Positions 29,320 through 40,200 of a stretch of DNA of 64,000 bases are shown in pieces. The notes beneath the pieces are model-generated. The model did not search any database. It had not been told where the DNA came from and was given only the letters and a program-made list of their open reading frames with translations. The position numbers were made by a program, and so were the translations under genes. Source of the DNA: a virus (Duplodnaviria; Caudoviricetes); IMG/VR virus record IMGVR_UViG_3300042892_002922, positions 160,001-224,000 of that record. One strand, given 5' to 3'. Numbering within the stretch: position 1 is the stretch's first letter; each line of letters begins with the position of its first letter.

Positions 29320-29844
29320 ATGGAAAACAAATGGTATGTGTTAAAAGTAACACCAGGAAAAGAAAGACAAATGAATGAAAATTTTAATACGTTAATCGCA
29401 TTAGATAGAATGGGTTACGTAAATAGATTCATATGCCCAATGGAAAAGGAGTTTGTTGTATTAAGAAAAAAGAAGGTTTTAAGGGATAAAATATTGTATA
29501 GCGGATATCTTTATTTTGAAACACCAAGAGAATTAAACGATAATGAATTAAAAGAAATCTCAAGCCATCCTTTTGTTATGTCTATGTTAGGGGATAAGAA
29601 ACCTAGATTGATGGGTAGACACGATATTGGTAAAATTATTAAAGATGAGATGTTAAATGAACATAAGTATGTAAAATCAATTACCTTTGTAGCAGGTGAG
29701 GATGTTGTATTAACAGACGGACCATTTGCTTCATTCAACGGTACCATTATAGAAATTAAAGGTGACAAAGTGGAATTGCAAGTTAAAATTTTTGGTCGCT
29801 TAACACCTGTAACAATAGACATTCAAAATATTAAAAAGATATGA
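29320..29844 (+). CDS. nusG: Transcription termination/antitermination factor NusG family
   Basis: NGN domain WYVLKVTPGKE...YSGYLYF; KOW domain GEDVVLTDGPFASFNGTI...VKIFGRLTPV. Confidence 0.9.
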   Translation: MENKWYVLKVTPGKERQMNENFNTLIALDRMGYVNRFICPMEKEFVVLRKKKVLRDKILYSGYLYFETPRELNDNELKEISSHPFVMSMLGDKKPRLMGRHDIGKIIKDEMLNEHKYVKSITFVAGEDVVLTDGPFASFNGTIIEIKGDKVELQVKIFGRLTPVTIDIQNIKKI

Positions 29845-30134
29845 GTAACCCAGAAGTTTTAATATACGTAGAACGCATTAAACATTTCCTTAAAATAAAT
29901 GAAGATGCTAGAAACTATTTCATTGTTAATGGTAATGAAGATAAATTTTTCACCCAACTATCAAACATTTCAGAAAAAAACTTTAAAAAGAACGGAGAAC
30001 CAGAATTGACAAAAGAGCAAATGGAATCCTTGCGTTTAAATGTTGTGTTAGAAACCGTTGAAGAAAGACCAAAGTATAGACAAGAAGGTATCTATTTTAT
30101 TTTTAACGATTATCCACCAACTTCATTGAATTAG
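29841..30134 (+). CDS. Hypothetical protein
   Basis: 97-aa ORF coupled to nusG. Confidence 0.6.
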   Translation: MSNPEVLIYVERIKHFLKINEDARNYFIVNGNEDKFFTQLSNISEKNFKKNGEPELTKEQMESLRLNVVLETVEERPKYRQEGIYFIFNDYPPTSLN

Positions 30135-30170
30135 GTTTCACTTTTCACTTTTTTTCCGTATCTTTAATTT

Positions 30171-31235
30171 ATGAGAAAATTTCCAGTAGAACTAAAAATG
30201 TACGATACAACGTATGGTACGGATATCCCATCAGAACAATTATTTTTACTTTATTTTGATTCTGTGGTCTCAAAAGAGACGGGTAAAGAATATTATAACC
30301 CATTTGTTTTTACGCACTTTACGGAGAATGGTTTTGAAATTGAATGTCGTAATGTTAGAAATCGTAGACATGACACCTATAATGATAATCTTTTAGTACA
30401 CAAGGAAAAAGAGATTATGATTAAGATTTCTAGCTGTTCAGAAAAAGATCCTGACTTATACCAAATAGAGTTTTTCTACAACATTAAAAAGGGTAAAAGG
30501 GATGAGCAATTCTCTTTTTTAGATTTGAAAAAATACGAAAAGAAAAAAATTAAAGCAAACATTTCGTTGGTTAAAAGTGAGATGGGACATTTAGAAACGC
30601 AAGATTATGATTTACCAATACCAGATATTGATTTGGGATTAAACTACGGTAAAGATTTCTTAAAGGTTCACGATGTTATTATTGAAAAGCTAAATAAACC
30701 AAGAGGGAAGGGTATTATTTTATTACATGGTGAACCAGGTACTGGTAAAACATCTTATCTAAAATACATTACTAAGTTAATAACCGAAAAGGATATTTTA
30801 TTTATTCCGCCATCATTAGCTGAAGCGTTGTCTGAACCATCAATCATACCATTCTTAATGGAACATCGTGACAGTATTTTAGTAATTGAAGATGCTGAAC
30901 GCGTAATCTCAGATAGAGAGGGTAATGGTTCTCCGGCCGGTGTGTCTAATGTTTTAAACATAACAGACGGTATTTTGGGTGATTGTTTGAACATTCAAAT
31001 AATTGCAACGTTTAACATGAAAAGAGAACGTATTGACCAAGCATTACTAAGAAAAGGTAGATTAATTGCTGAACATAAATTTGAGAAACTAGCAATTGAG
31101 GATACAAACAATTTATTAAAGCATCTAAAAAAAGATATTGTTTCAGAAGAAGCAATGACACTTGCGGATATATATAATATAGACATCGAACTTATCAAAT
31201 CAACAAATAAAAATACAAGTAAAATAGGATTTTAA
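30171..31235 (+). CDS. AAA+ ATPase
   Basis: Walker A GEPGTGKT, Walker B LVIEDAE, ATFN sensor, DQALLRKGR Arg finger. Confidence 0.88.
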   Translation: MRKFPVELKMYDTTYGTDIPSEQLFLLYFDSVVSKETGKEYYNPFVFTHFTENGFEIECRNVRNRRHDTYNDNLLVHKEKEIMIKISSCSEKDPDLYQIEFFYNIKKGKRDEQFSFLDLKKYEKKKIKANISLVKSEMGHLETQDYDLPIPDIDLGLNYGKDFLKVHDVIIEKLNKPRGKGIILLHGEPGTGKTSYLKYITKLITEKDILFIPPSLAEALSEPSIIPFLMEHRDSILVIEDAERVISDREGNGSPAGVSNVLNITDGILGDCLNIQIIATFNMKRERIDQALLRKGRLIAEHKFEKLAIEDTNNLLKHLKKDIVSEEAMTLADIYNIDIELIKSTNKNTSKIGF

Positions 31236-31541
31236 ATGAAATTAATAACAGCAGAACAATTAAAAACAAAATTAAATAACGGCGAAAAATTACTAGTGGA
31301 CTTTTACGCTGAATGGTGTGGGCCCTGCAAGTCGTTAATGCCTAGATTAGAAATATTAGAACAAGAATTTTCACATATTCAATTTGTTAAAATAGATGTT
31401 GACCAAAATCAATCGTATATGGCGGAGAGCGGTATTAGGTCTGTCCCAACAGTTAAGATTTATGATGGTGAAACGTTAATCAATCAATCTGCTGGGGCAA
31501 ATCCAGATAAGTTTTATATAGAACATTTGGAAAAACTTTAA
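31236..31541 (+). CDS. trxA: Thioredoxin
   Basis: VDFYAEWCGPC, KIDVD, IRSVPT. Confidence 0.92.
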   Translation: MKLITAEQLKTKLNNGEKLLVDFYAEWCGPCKSLMPRLEILEQEFSHIQFVKIDVDQNQSYMAESGIRSVPTVKIYDGETLINQSAGANPDKFYIEHLEKL

Positions 31542-31543
31542 TT

Positions 31544-31816
31544 ATGTATACAGTTAATATTTTTACATTAAATGGGTGTAGTCACTGCGTTGAATTAAAA
31601 AAAATGTTAAAGGAAAACAATATCACATTTAACGAACTTGAAATTTCACAACATAAATCAACTTTTGATGAGATTGTTAAATTAACTGGTAAAAACTCAT
31701 TACCAACAACATATTTACAAAATCCTGAAACAGGTGCCGGACCAATTTTTGTTCCTGGGAGAGATTATCAGAGCAAAGAAGAACTACTAGAAAAGATACT
31801 AAAATACATTAATTAA
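31544..31816 (+). CDS. Glutaredoxin-like protein
   Basis: IFTLNGCSHC, SLP cis-Pro motif. Confidence 0.8.
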   Translation: MYTVNIFTLNGCSHCVELKKMLKENNITFNELEISQHKSTFDEIVKLTGKNSLPTTYLQNPETGAGPIFVPGRDYQSKEELLEKILKYIN

Positions 31817-31828
31817 GATTATTTTAAT

Positions 31829-31855
31829 AAAGGGGATGAAAAATCCCCTTTTTTT
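31829..31855 (+). terminator. Intrinsic terminator
   Basis: AAAGGGGAT-GAAAA-ATCCCCTTT followed by T run. Confidence 0.8.
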
Positions 31856-31904
31856 ATGTCAAGAAACATAATAAAAGTATTTATGTTAAAGTACCTAGAC
31901 ATAA

Positions 31905-32696
31905 ATGGCTTTACAACAGATAAATTGGTTACAAATTGATACAGCAAACGTCCCATCGGGGTCGATTGTTGATTTGGGGGCTATCTCCGGAGCATTGCAT
32001 GCGGTTTACGCAGATAATTTATATATTTCAGGGCAAACGTTAGCCGAAGTCATTGCTGGATCAGGAACTGACGAATTAAATTTATATACAGCATCATTAA
32101 AAAGTGCTATTGAACTTACTGGTTCAAATGTCACAATCAAGGGTGACTTATTGGTTAAAGGTACAACTACAGCGATACAGTCAAACACTGTTAGTATAGG
32201 TGATAACATCATTGAATTAAATGGTTCAGCAGCTACTTTTGGTGGTTTATTGATAAAAGACCCAACTGCGCCAAATACTATCTCAGGTTCATTATTATGG
32301 GACACTGTAAATGACCAATGGATTGCAGGCCCTGAAGGGTTTGAGGAAGCGATAATATTACAAGGTGATTATGACGCTTTTTCTAGTTCAGTTGCAATAG
32401 CAATCAATGAAAGCGGTATTTGGAGACCAACTGGCTCATTTTATGCAACAACAAACGATTTAGAATTAACTGGTTCGTTAACAATTAAGGGTAATTTAAG
32501 AGTTGAGGGTACAACTACGTTAATTCAAACCACTGATCCTAATAGAGAATCTTTAATTGTATCTGGGGCAATGAATATCGTTAAAAATCAAATAAATTCA
32601 CAAGTTATTTCCGCATCATTAGCAATACAAGGACTAGGTAGGTTAGCTGACGCTAATCAGTTTGCAATTTTTGATTGTGGTGATGGATTTTTCTAA
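31905..32696 (+). CDS. Tail fibre-associated structural protein
   Basis: Shares the DNIIxLN...GG...WD module with 32738 and 37259; TGSLTIKGNL beta-repeat segments. Confidence 0.6.
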   Translation: MALQQINWLQIDTANVPSGSIVDLGAISGALHAVYADNLYISGQTLAEVIAGSGTDELNLYTASLKSAIELTGSNVTIKGDLLVKGTTTAIQSNTVSIGDNIIELNGSAATFGGLLIKDPTAPNTISGSLLWDTVNDQWIAGPEGFEEAIILQGDYDAFSSSVAIAINESGIWRPTGSFYATTNDLELTGSLTIKGNLRVEGTTTLIQTTDPNRESLIVSGAMNIVKNQINSQVISASLAIQGLGRLADANQFAIFDCGDGFF

Positions 32697-32737
32697 TTAA
32701 AAATAAAGTATTTATATAAAACAACTAAAATTAAAAA

Positions 32738-35488
32738 ATGGCACAAATAATTAAACACAGAAGGGGTAGCGTCACACAACTGAAAGATGTTACAGCTAGA
32801 ATAGGTGAACTGGTTATGGCCACCGGATCAATCGGTGACTTAAACGGACCTTTCCTATTTGTAGGTGAAACAGAAGGCGCAGCAGGTGCTTACCGCCCAA
32901 CTTCAAAAATTTATCAGGGTTCAGCCGCCCCAACATTAACTGTTGGTTCACATGGTTCGGTACTTGATGGAACACCATTTTATGCGTCAGGAAATGAATC
33001 ATTGTACGTATTAAGTAAAGACGGTAATAGTAGATTAGATTTAACAGGTAACATCGAAGGAAATTTAATTTCTGGTGTAACAATTAACAATTTAACTGGT
33101 AGTAACGCCAATTACACAAACCTAACGGGAAACACGTTTACTAGTACTAACGCTAATATTACATCACTTACTGGTAGTAACGCCAATTACACAAACCTAA
33201 CAGGAAACACATTTACTAGTTTTAATTCTAATATTACATCACTTACAGGTAGTAACGCTAATATTTCAAATATTACTGGAACTACACTTACAAGTACAAA
33301 TGGTAATATAACATCACTTACTGGTAGTAACGCATTTGTTACAAATATAACTGGTGGAACTTTAACAGTTACAGGTACAACTAATTTAAATGGTGATCTT
33401 TTAATTAGCGGTAATACCATCCAAACAGGATCAATAGATTTAACGGGTAACATCGTTTTAGGTGGTAACATTACAATTGGTGATCAAACAACAGATATTA
33501 TCCAATTTGGTGGTGAAGTTAGTTCTTCAATTATACCAATTGTGGATAATTCGTTTGATTTAGGTTCAACGAATAAAAACTGGAGAAATTTACACGTAAG
33601 TGGAACTGCATATGTCAATACTTTAGAAGCACAACAAGTTAATTTTAATAACTTAGGAATCTTAACTGACTTAGTTGTAAGTGGTAGCACTTATTTAGGT
33701 AATGGTGGTGACGTAACCGTTATTAGTGGTTCATTATATAATGATCAATTGACTGAAAAGAGAATGGTTGTTGTGGGTGCTGATGGTTTATTAACTGATT
33801 ATAGTGGTTTAACTTTCGATAATGGTAATTTAAATTTATCTGGAGCTCTTGAGGTTACAAACATTCAAGGTACAGGTTCATTATATTTGAAACCCGATTT
33901 AAATGACTCTAGATTATTTGAAATTTATAATAGTGCAGGACCTTCAGGTTATACAGATATTCATCTTGTGGGTAATGCAGATTTAAATTTCTTCGGTGAT
34001 GATACAAATTATTTAAAAATAGATGATTATGCACAAACAGCAACACTTGTTGGTGTAAATGGTGTAATTGTTAGTTCTTCATTACAAGTAACAGGTTCAG
34101 TGTTCACTGACAAAATTTTAGGTACTGGTTCACTTTATTTACAACCCGATCAAATCGACGGAAGATATTTTGAAATTTATAATACCGCGGCGAGTGATGT
34201 ACACATTAAATCTAATAATGGTTTAAGTTTCTTTGGTGATGATACCAATTATTTATTAATTAATGATGGCGCACAAACAGCAACAATTGTTGGTGTAAAC
34301 GGTGTGTTTATTAGTTCATCATTAAATGTTACAGGTTCAACAACTTTAAATTCAACATTAGAAGTTAAAGGAGCGGCAGGACTTAACTCAACTTTGGATG
34401 TTACAGGTTCAGCAATTTTAAAATCAACATTAGAAGTTCAAGGGGCAACAGGACTTAACTCAACTTTGGATGTAACAGGTTCAGCAATTTTAAAATCAAC
34501 ATTACAGGTTGATTCAACATCAGAACTTAAAGGTGCTGTAGGTATGAACTCAAGTTTGGATGTAACTGGTTCAGCTCAATTTAAATCCACAATTAATGTT
34601 GATGGTGAAGCAACTTTATCATCTGCAACAGTTGAAGATTTAACACAGGATAGAATTGTTACAGTAGGTGCGGGCGGTTCATTAATTGACAGTTCAGGAT
34701 TTACATATAATGGCACTCTTTTCAAAATTGGAAATGGCCAATTTGAAGTTGATACAAATGATGGTGATATTAGAACATCAGGTTCGTTAACTGTTAATGG
34801 TGGACAAACAATTAATGGTAACACCACAATAAATGGTGTACTAACAGTAACAGGTAACACACAATTACAAGCAAACCTATATGTTTCAGGTAACTTAGAA
34901 GTATTAGGGTCATCCACAGAAGTACACATTCAATCACAAACAATTGAATTAGATGATAATATAATTAGATTAAACGCATATTCACCTTTTGAAAGATATG
35001 CGGGATTTGAAGTTATGGATTCGGGTTCTTCTGGTGTTTCAGCATCTTTGGTATGGGATTCATTAAATGATTATTGGATGTTTGTTTCCGCTAGTGGTCA
35101 ATCAAGTAAATTGATTGGTACAACTGCTGGAACTTATGGTTCTGAAACAAGTTTAACTAGTGGTACAATCCCTAAAGCGACTGGTGCCAACACAATTGGT
35201 GATAGTTTATTAACAGATGATGGAACAACATTAAGTTATAATACGAATAAATTCCAAGTAACATCAACAAACGGAAATACTTTAATAGCTGGTAATGTTA
35301 CATTATCTTACTCAGGTGGAACCGATAATGGAACTAAAACATCTGCGATTGTTTTCAAAAACAGTTCGAATGTACTTGGTTACGTTTCAACAACTGTTGT
35401 TACAGAAGTAACTGATGGTTTATTAGGTTACAAAGTATCTAATGGTGCACTAGTATTCTCCGACTTAATTGACGGTGGTTCGTATTAA
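32738..35488 (+). CDS. Long tail fibre protein with beta-helical repeats
   Basis: MAQIIKHRRGS N-terminus; NLTGSNANYT, duplicated GTGSLYLxPD...FFGDDTNYL and 12-aa NSTLDVTGSAIL repeats; C-terminal IDGGSY. Confidence 0.75.
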   Translation: MAQIIKHRRGSVTQLKDVTARIGELVMATGSIGDLNGPFLFVGETEGAAGAYRPTSKIYQGSAAPTLTVGSHGSVLDGTPFYASGNESLYVLSKDGNSRLDLTGNIEGNLISGVTINNLTGSNANYTNLTGNTFTSTNANITSLTGSNANYTNLTGNTFTSFNSNITSLTGSNANISNITGTTLTSTNGNITSLTGSNAFVTNITGGTLTVTGTTNLNGDLLISGNTIQTGSIDLTGNIVLGGNITIGDQTTDIIQFGGEVSSSIIPIVDNSFDLGSTNKNWRNLHVSGTAYVNTLEAQQVNFNNLGILTDLVVSGSTYLGNGGDVTVISGSLYNDQLTEKRMVVVGADGLLTDYSGLTFDNGNLNLSGALEVTNIQGTGSLYLKPDLNDSRLFEIYNSAGPSGYTDIHLVGNADLNFFGDDTNYLKIDDYAQTATLVGVNGVIVSSSLQVTGSVFTDKILGTGSLYLQPDQIDGRYFEIYNTAASDVHIKSNNGLSFFGDDTNYLLINDGAQTATIVGVNGVFISSSLNVTGSTTLNSTLEVKGAAGLNSTLDVTGSAILKSTLEVQGATGLNSTLDVTGSAILKSTLQVDSTSELKGAVGMNSSLDVTGSAQFKSTINVDGEATLSSATVEDLTQDRIVTVGAGGSLIDSSGFTYNGTLFKIGNGQFEVDTNDGDIRTSGSLTVNGGQTINGNTTINGVLTVTGNTQLQANLYVSGNLEVLGSSTEVHIQSQTIELDDNIIRLNAYSPFERYAGFEVMDSGSSGVSASLVWDSLNDYWMFVSASGQSSKLIGTTAGTYGSETSLTSGTIPKATGANTIGDSLLTDDGTTLSYNTNKFQVTSTNGNTLIAGNVTLSYSGGTDNGTKTSAIVFKNSSNVLGYVSTTVVTEVTDGLLGYKVSNGALVFSDLIDGGSY

Positions 35489-35507
35489 CATAGAATTTCA
35501 ATAATAC

Positions 35508-35539
35508 AAAAGGGAGAGTTTAATACTCTCCCTTTTTTT
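35508..35539 (+). terminator. Intrinsic terminator
   Basis: AAAAGGGAGAGT/ACTCTCCCTTTT stem followed by T run. Confidence 0.85.
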
Positions 35540-35643
35540 GTTTATATAGTTTATTCAGCTTCAATCATTTTTAATATGAACTAAGTAAGATAATTTTTCT
35601 TGGATTTCGTTTATTTAATCCTAATTTTTATGTATTTATAAGA

Positions 35644-35681
35644 AGACCTACATAGGTCTAATTAACCGTGGTACATACCAC
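35644..35681 (+). promoter_or_regulatory. Twin hairpins with identical ACAU loops in a 5' leader
   Basis: AGACCT-ACAT-AGGTCT (35644-35659) and GTGGT-ACAT-ACCAC (35668-35681), between TATTTATA (35633) and ATG 35706. Confidence 0.55.
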
Positions 35682-35705
35682 AAAACATAGGAGAGAACCA
35701 TATAT

Positions 35706-37175
35706 ATGGCACAAATAGTAAAACTGCGTAGGAGTAGTGTATCCGGTCAAAAACCCACTAACTCGAATTTACAATTGGGAGAATTAGCATTAAACACTAC
35801 TGACGGTAAGGTTTATATGGCTAAATCTGGTTCTCTCGGGCCATCGGTTGAGGAATTAATTTTAACAAACACGGTTAATACAGGTTCAATACATCTTACT
35901 GGGGCTGTAACAGCGTCAAACTTTTCAGGTTCATTTATTGGTAATGCTAGCGGATTAACAACAGTACCATTTCATATATCTGGTTCAGATATTAGTGGAA
36001 CAACAGTAAATAAAACATTTACAAAGTTACAATTTGATGATAGTACTGGATTAAATGTTGAAGAAACAGATCCAGGCACAGCATTCGTTTCAATCGGTTC
36101 ACACTTCAAAGACATATTTGTGTCTGGTTCATCAATATTAAGAGCAACAGGTTCTGATGCTTTTGAAATTATTCCGGCAGGTGGGATTGAAATTACAACA
36201 TCAACTAGTGATACCAATGGTAATGGTTATATTAAAGAATTAAACATTAGCGCGACATCGTTATCGTCATCACTAAATGATAGAATTGATATTATAACTG
36301 GTTCAATTACTAGTTTATCATCATCTATCATCACAACATTAGATATTATAACAGGTTCCGTTGATTCTTTAAATTTATTCACATCAAGTGTAGTTTTAAC
36401 AAGTGAAACAGGATCAATGACCGTGTTAAGTTCATCATATGCCTTAACTGCTTCATTTGCGTTAAATGCTGGAGGTGGTGCCGAAGGTAGGACAGCTAAA
36501 CTAACACAATCATCACCTGCAACAACTTGGACATTTAACCACAATTTAGGAGAACAATACCCAGAAGTTACTGTTTATGACAGTTTAGGTTATGTGGTTA
36601 TTCCTACCAATATATTGGCATACAGTAATAACCAAATGATTATCACATTCTCAAGTGCACAATCTGGTACGGTTACAGCAACAGTTGGTGGTGGTTTGCC
36701 GGAAATTAGTGCGAGTTATGCTGGTTATGTATTATCAAATAATGGGACAGTACCTTCTTGGAAATCTGGAATCGTTAGTGGTTCATTACAAATAACTGAA
36801 TTTGGTTATGCAATTACTGGTTCAAACACATTTACAGCTAATCAAACAATTAATGGAACCTTAACCATTAACAACGCAAAAATAGGAACAACTTGTGTGT
36901 CTTTAGCGTCAACAACGACTGTTTTAAATTTAAGCACATTTGATGGCGTGAATATAGATTATGTTATCAAAAAAAGTGGTAATATGCGAGCAGGTAATGT
37001 TATGGGTGTATGGAATGGAAGCACTGTAAAATATAGTGAAACGTCAACAATGGATATTGGAGATACTAGCGAATTTACATTTACAATTAACAATACTGGG
37101 GCTGTTACAGCCAATTTCACAACTGGAACTTGGGTTGTTGAAATATTTTATAGAGCGATTGGCGGGTGCTCTTAA
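35706..37175 (+). CDS. Tail fibre protein (Mtd/hyaluronidase-like N-terminal fibre motif)
   Basis: MAQIVKLRRSSVSGQKPTNSNLQLGELALNTTDGKVY; internal WTFNHNLGEQYPEVTVYD module. Confidence 0.75.
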   Translation: MAQIVKLRRSSVSGQKPTNSNLQLGELALNTTDGKVYMAKSGSLGPSVEELILTNTVNTGSIHLTGAVTASNFSGSFIGNASGLTTVPFHISGSDISGTTVNKTFTKLQFDDSTGLNVEETDPGTAFVSIGSHFKDIFVSGSSILRATGSDAFEIIPAGGIEITTSTSDTNGNGYIKELNISATSLSSSLNDRIDIITGSITSLSSSIITTLDIITGSVDSLNLFTSSVVLTSETGSMTVLSSSYALTASFALNAGGGAEGRTAKLTQSSPATTWTFNHNLGEQYPEVTVYDSLGYVVIPTNILAYSNNQMIITFSSAQSGTVTATVGGGLPEISASYAGYVLSNNGTVPSWKSGIVSGSLQITEFGYAITGSNTFTANQTINGTLTINNAKIGTTCVSLASTTTVLNLSTFDGVNIDYVIKKSGNMRAGNVMGVWNGSTVKYSETSTMDIGDTSEFTFTINNTGAVTANFTTGTWVVEIFYRAIGGCS

Positions 37176-37258
37176 AATTAATTATTTAATACCCATTTAA
37201 TTCGTTTAAAATTAGTATTTATTAGTAACACATTAGTGGAAAGTGAAACTAATAGATT

Positions 37259-40200
37259 ATGGCAAACGAATTTAAAATTAAGAACGGACTCATTGTGTCC
37301 GGCTCTGCGGAAATTGAAAATAATTTAATCGTACATGGTACATTAACAGCGGATTTGGTAAACATCTCTCTTGTTAGTTCATCAGTACTTTATGAAAGTG
37401 GCTCAACCAAATTTGGTAACACTTCAGACGATTTTCATGAATTTACAGGTTCATTATCTATTAGTGGTTCGTTAAACATTAACGGAACATCTTATACTTC
37501 AGCAACAAGCGGAACATCAGGTACTTCTGGAACGTCTGGAACTAGTGGTTCATCAGGAACTGCCGGATCTAGTGGTACGTCAGGTACATCTGGAAGTTCA
37601 GGAACTGCTGGTACTTCGGGTTCTAGTGGCTCAAGCGGAACATCAGGAAGTTCAGGTTCTTCAGGGACGAGTGGAAGCTCAGGTACGTCTGGGTCTTCTG
37701 GTTCAAGTGGAACATCGGGAACGAGTGGGTCTTCAGGAAGTTCTGGTTCGTCAGGAACGAGTGGTACATCTGGTACTAGTGGCACGTCAGGTTCGTCAGG
37801 TAGTTCGGGGTCAAGTGGAACTTCAGGTTCTTCAGGTTCGTCTGGAACATCAGGAAGTTCGGGGTCTAGCGGAACGGCTGGTACTAGTGGAACATCAGGT
37901 TCTTCAGGTAGTTCTGGAACAAGTGGTAGTTCAGGGTCAAGTGGTACGTCTGGGACGAGTGGCACATCCGGGTCTTCAGGTTCTAGTGGCACATCAGGTA
38001 GTTCAGGTTCATCTGGAACAAGTGGCACTTCAGGTACGTCAGGGTCTTCTGGTTCTAGTGGTACATCAGGGTCTTCTGGTAGCTCAGGAACGTCAGGTTC
38101 TAGTGGTACTAGTGGTAGTTCAGGTTCTAGTGGAACATCAGGTTCTTCAGGTAGTTCTGGAACAAGTGGAACTTCTGGTACATCGGGATCAAGTGGATCT
38201 AGTGGAACATCGGGATCAAGTGGATCTAGTGGAACATCAGGTTCTTCGGGTTCAAGTGGTACCAGTGGTACATCTGGCTCTAGTGGATCTAGCGGTACTG
38301 TAACAATGACTGGAACACAAGATAACGGTATCTTAACACTTAATGGTTCCTCACCAAATGCTACAGTTGAAAGTAATCTAAGATTTGATGGCTCATTACT
38401 AACGGTTGTCGGCAATGAAACTATATCAGGTTCATTAATTGTTACAAACGACTTTACAGTATTAGGTTCTTCTTCAATATTATATGTAACATCATCACAA
38501 CTTAGAATTGCAGATAATATTATCACGGTTAACACTTCAAATCCAGGCGCCAGATTTGGTGGTTTAGAGGTATTTGATTCTGGTTCAATTAATAATGCCA
38601 CCGGATCAATTCTTTGGGATTCTGTTAATAACAGATGGATATATCAAAATTCAAGTGATGCTGGTTATGGTGGGGGTATGTTTTTATCTGGACCACGTAG
38701 TTCAGGGTCTTTAGGGTCTGAATTATCGTTAACAAGTGGTAAAATAGCAAAATCGGCAGGTGGTGACCATCTTGACGATTCAAATATAACTGATACGGGT
38801 ACTTTAGTATCAATAAATTCAAATACAGAAATAACAGGTACGTTAAGAGTAACTTCAAATTTATTTATTAACGGAACTTCATATACTGCTGCTACTTCAG
38901 GTACTTCGGGTACATCAGGTTCAAGTGGTACGTCTGGAACATCCGGTTCATCGGGAACTGCGGGTTCATCTGGAACATCAGGTTCCTCTGGGTCAAGCGG
39001 AACTTCAGGTTCTAGTGGGTCTAGTGGGACATCGGGTTCAAGTGGTACATCAGGTTCTAGTGGGTCAAGCGGAACTTCAGGTTCTAATGGCTCATCGGGA
39101 ACATCAGGAACAAGCGGAACCTCTGGTTCTTCTGGCTCTAGTGGTACATCGGGTAGTTCAGGGTCATCAGGTACTAGTGGAACGTCAGGTTCTTCTGGTA
39201 GTTCGGGGTCAAGTGGAACGTCAGGTTCTTCTGGTAGTTCGGGGTCAAGTGGAACGTCAGGTTCTTCTGGGTCAAGTGGCACTTCGGGATCAAGCGGGTC
39301 TAGTGGGACGTCAGGTTCTAGTGGTTCTAGCGGCACATCAGGCAGTTCTGGTTCTTCTGGTTCATCAGGTACTTCTGGCTCTAGCGGATCTTCTGGCACT
39401 TCAGGATCTAGTGGGTCTTCAGGAAGTTCTGGTTCATCGGGAACATCAGGTTCAAGCGGATCTAGTGGAACATCGGGGTCTAGTGGAAGTTCAGGAAGTT
39501 CTGGTTCTAGTGGGTCTTCAGGAAGTTCTGGTTCGTCAGGTTCTAGTGGGTCTTCTGGCACGTCTGGATCTAGTGGTTCATCAGGTTCATCAGGTTCATC
39601 AGGTTCATCAGGTTCATCGGGAAGTTCTGGTTCATCAGGCGCTGCAACAATTAATAGTAATGTAAACGATTATGTTTTAACAGCAACAGGAACCGCCGGA
39701 CTAATTCAAGGTGAATCAAATTTAACATTTGATGGTTCAACATTATCAACGAGTAACGTTACCGCTACTGGTACGTATAATACAAATGCGTCATCAAGTA
39801 GAAACAAATATAACGTTTATTCAACGGGTGCAAGTCCTTATGCTATTGGTATGCAATCGGCAATCACTTATGGTGGTTTAAATGACTGGGGAATGACCTT
39901 CCAATTTAATAACGACAGCGGTAGAGGATTCTGGTGGGGTGACGAAGGACATTCAACAGCACAAGGTGCTATGGCATTAACTACTGACGGTAGATTAACA
40001 GTGGCAAATAATGTTAGAATCGGTTATGGTGAATCTGACGTCACAACACCAACACTACCATTACAAGTATATGGTTCTGGTGGAACAATTGTTGACATTC
40101 AAGGTTCTAGTGGACAGTTATTCTCGGTAACAGATGATTTAACAGGTGACATATTCTCTATTTCAGATATATCAGGTATACCATTTATAAATGTTAACAC

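Noticed and set aside
33070-33350. Dense N-x-S/T sequons in the long fibre as N-glycosylation sites
   Set aside because: Better explained by Asn/Thr ladders of beta-helical repeats; no oligosaccharyltransferase is seen in the window
32814-36544. Several 60-120 aa minus-strand ORFs opposite fibre genes
   Set aside because: Fully overlap long, motif-supported plus-strand genes; composition mirrors antisense codon bias
37492-39665. Long ORFs on the minus strand and in alternative frames (EPDVP- and VLQV-rich, 246-369 aa)
   Set aside because: Shadows of the Gly-Ser/Thr codon repeats, which lack stops in other frames; no independent start signals or domain motifs
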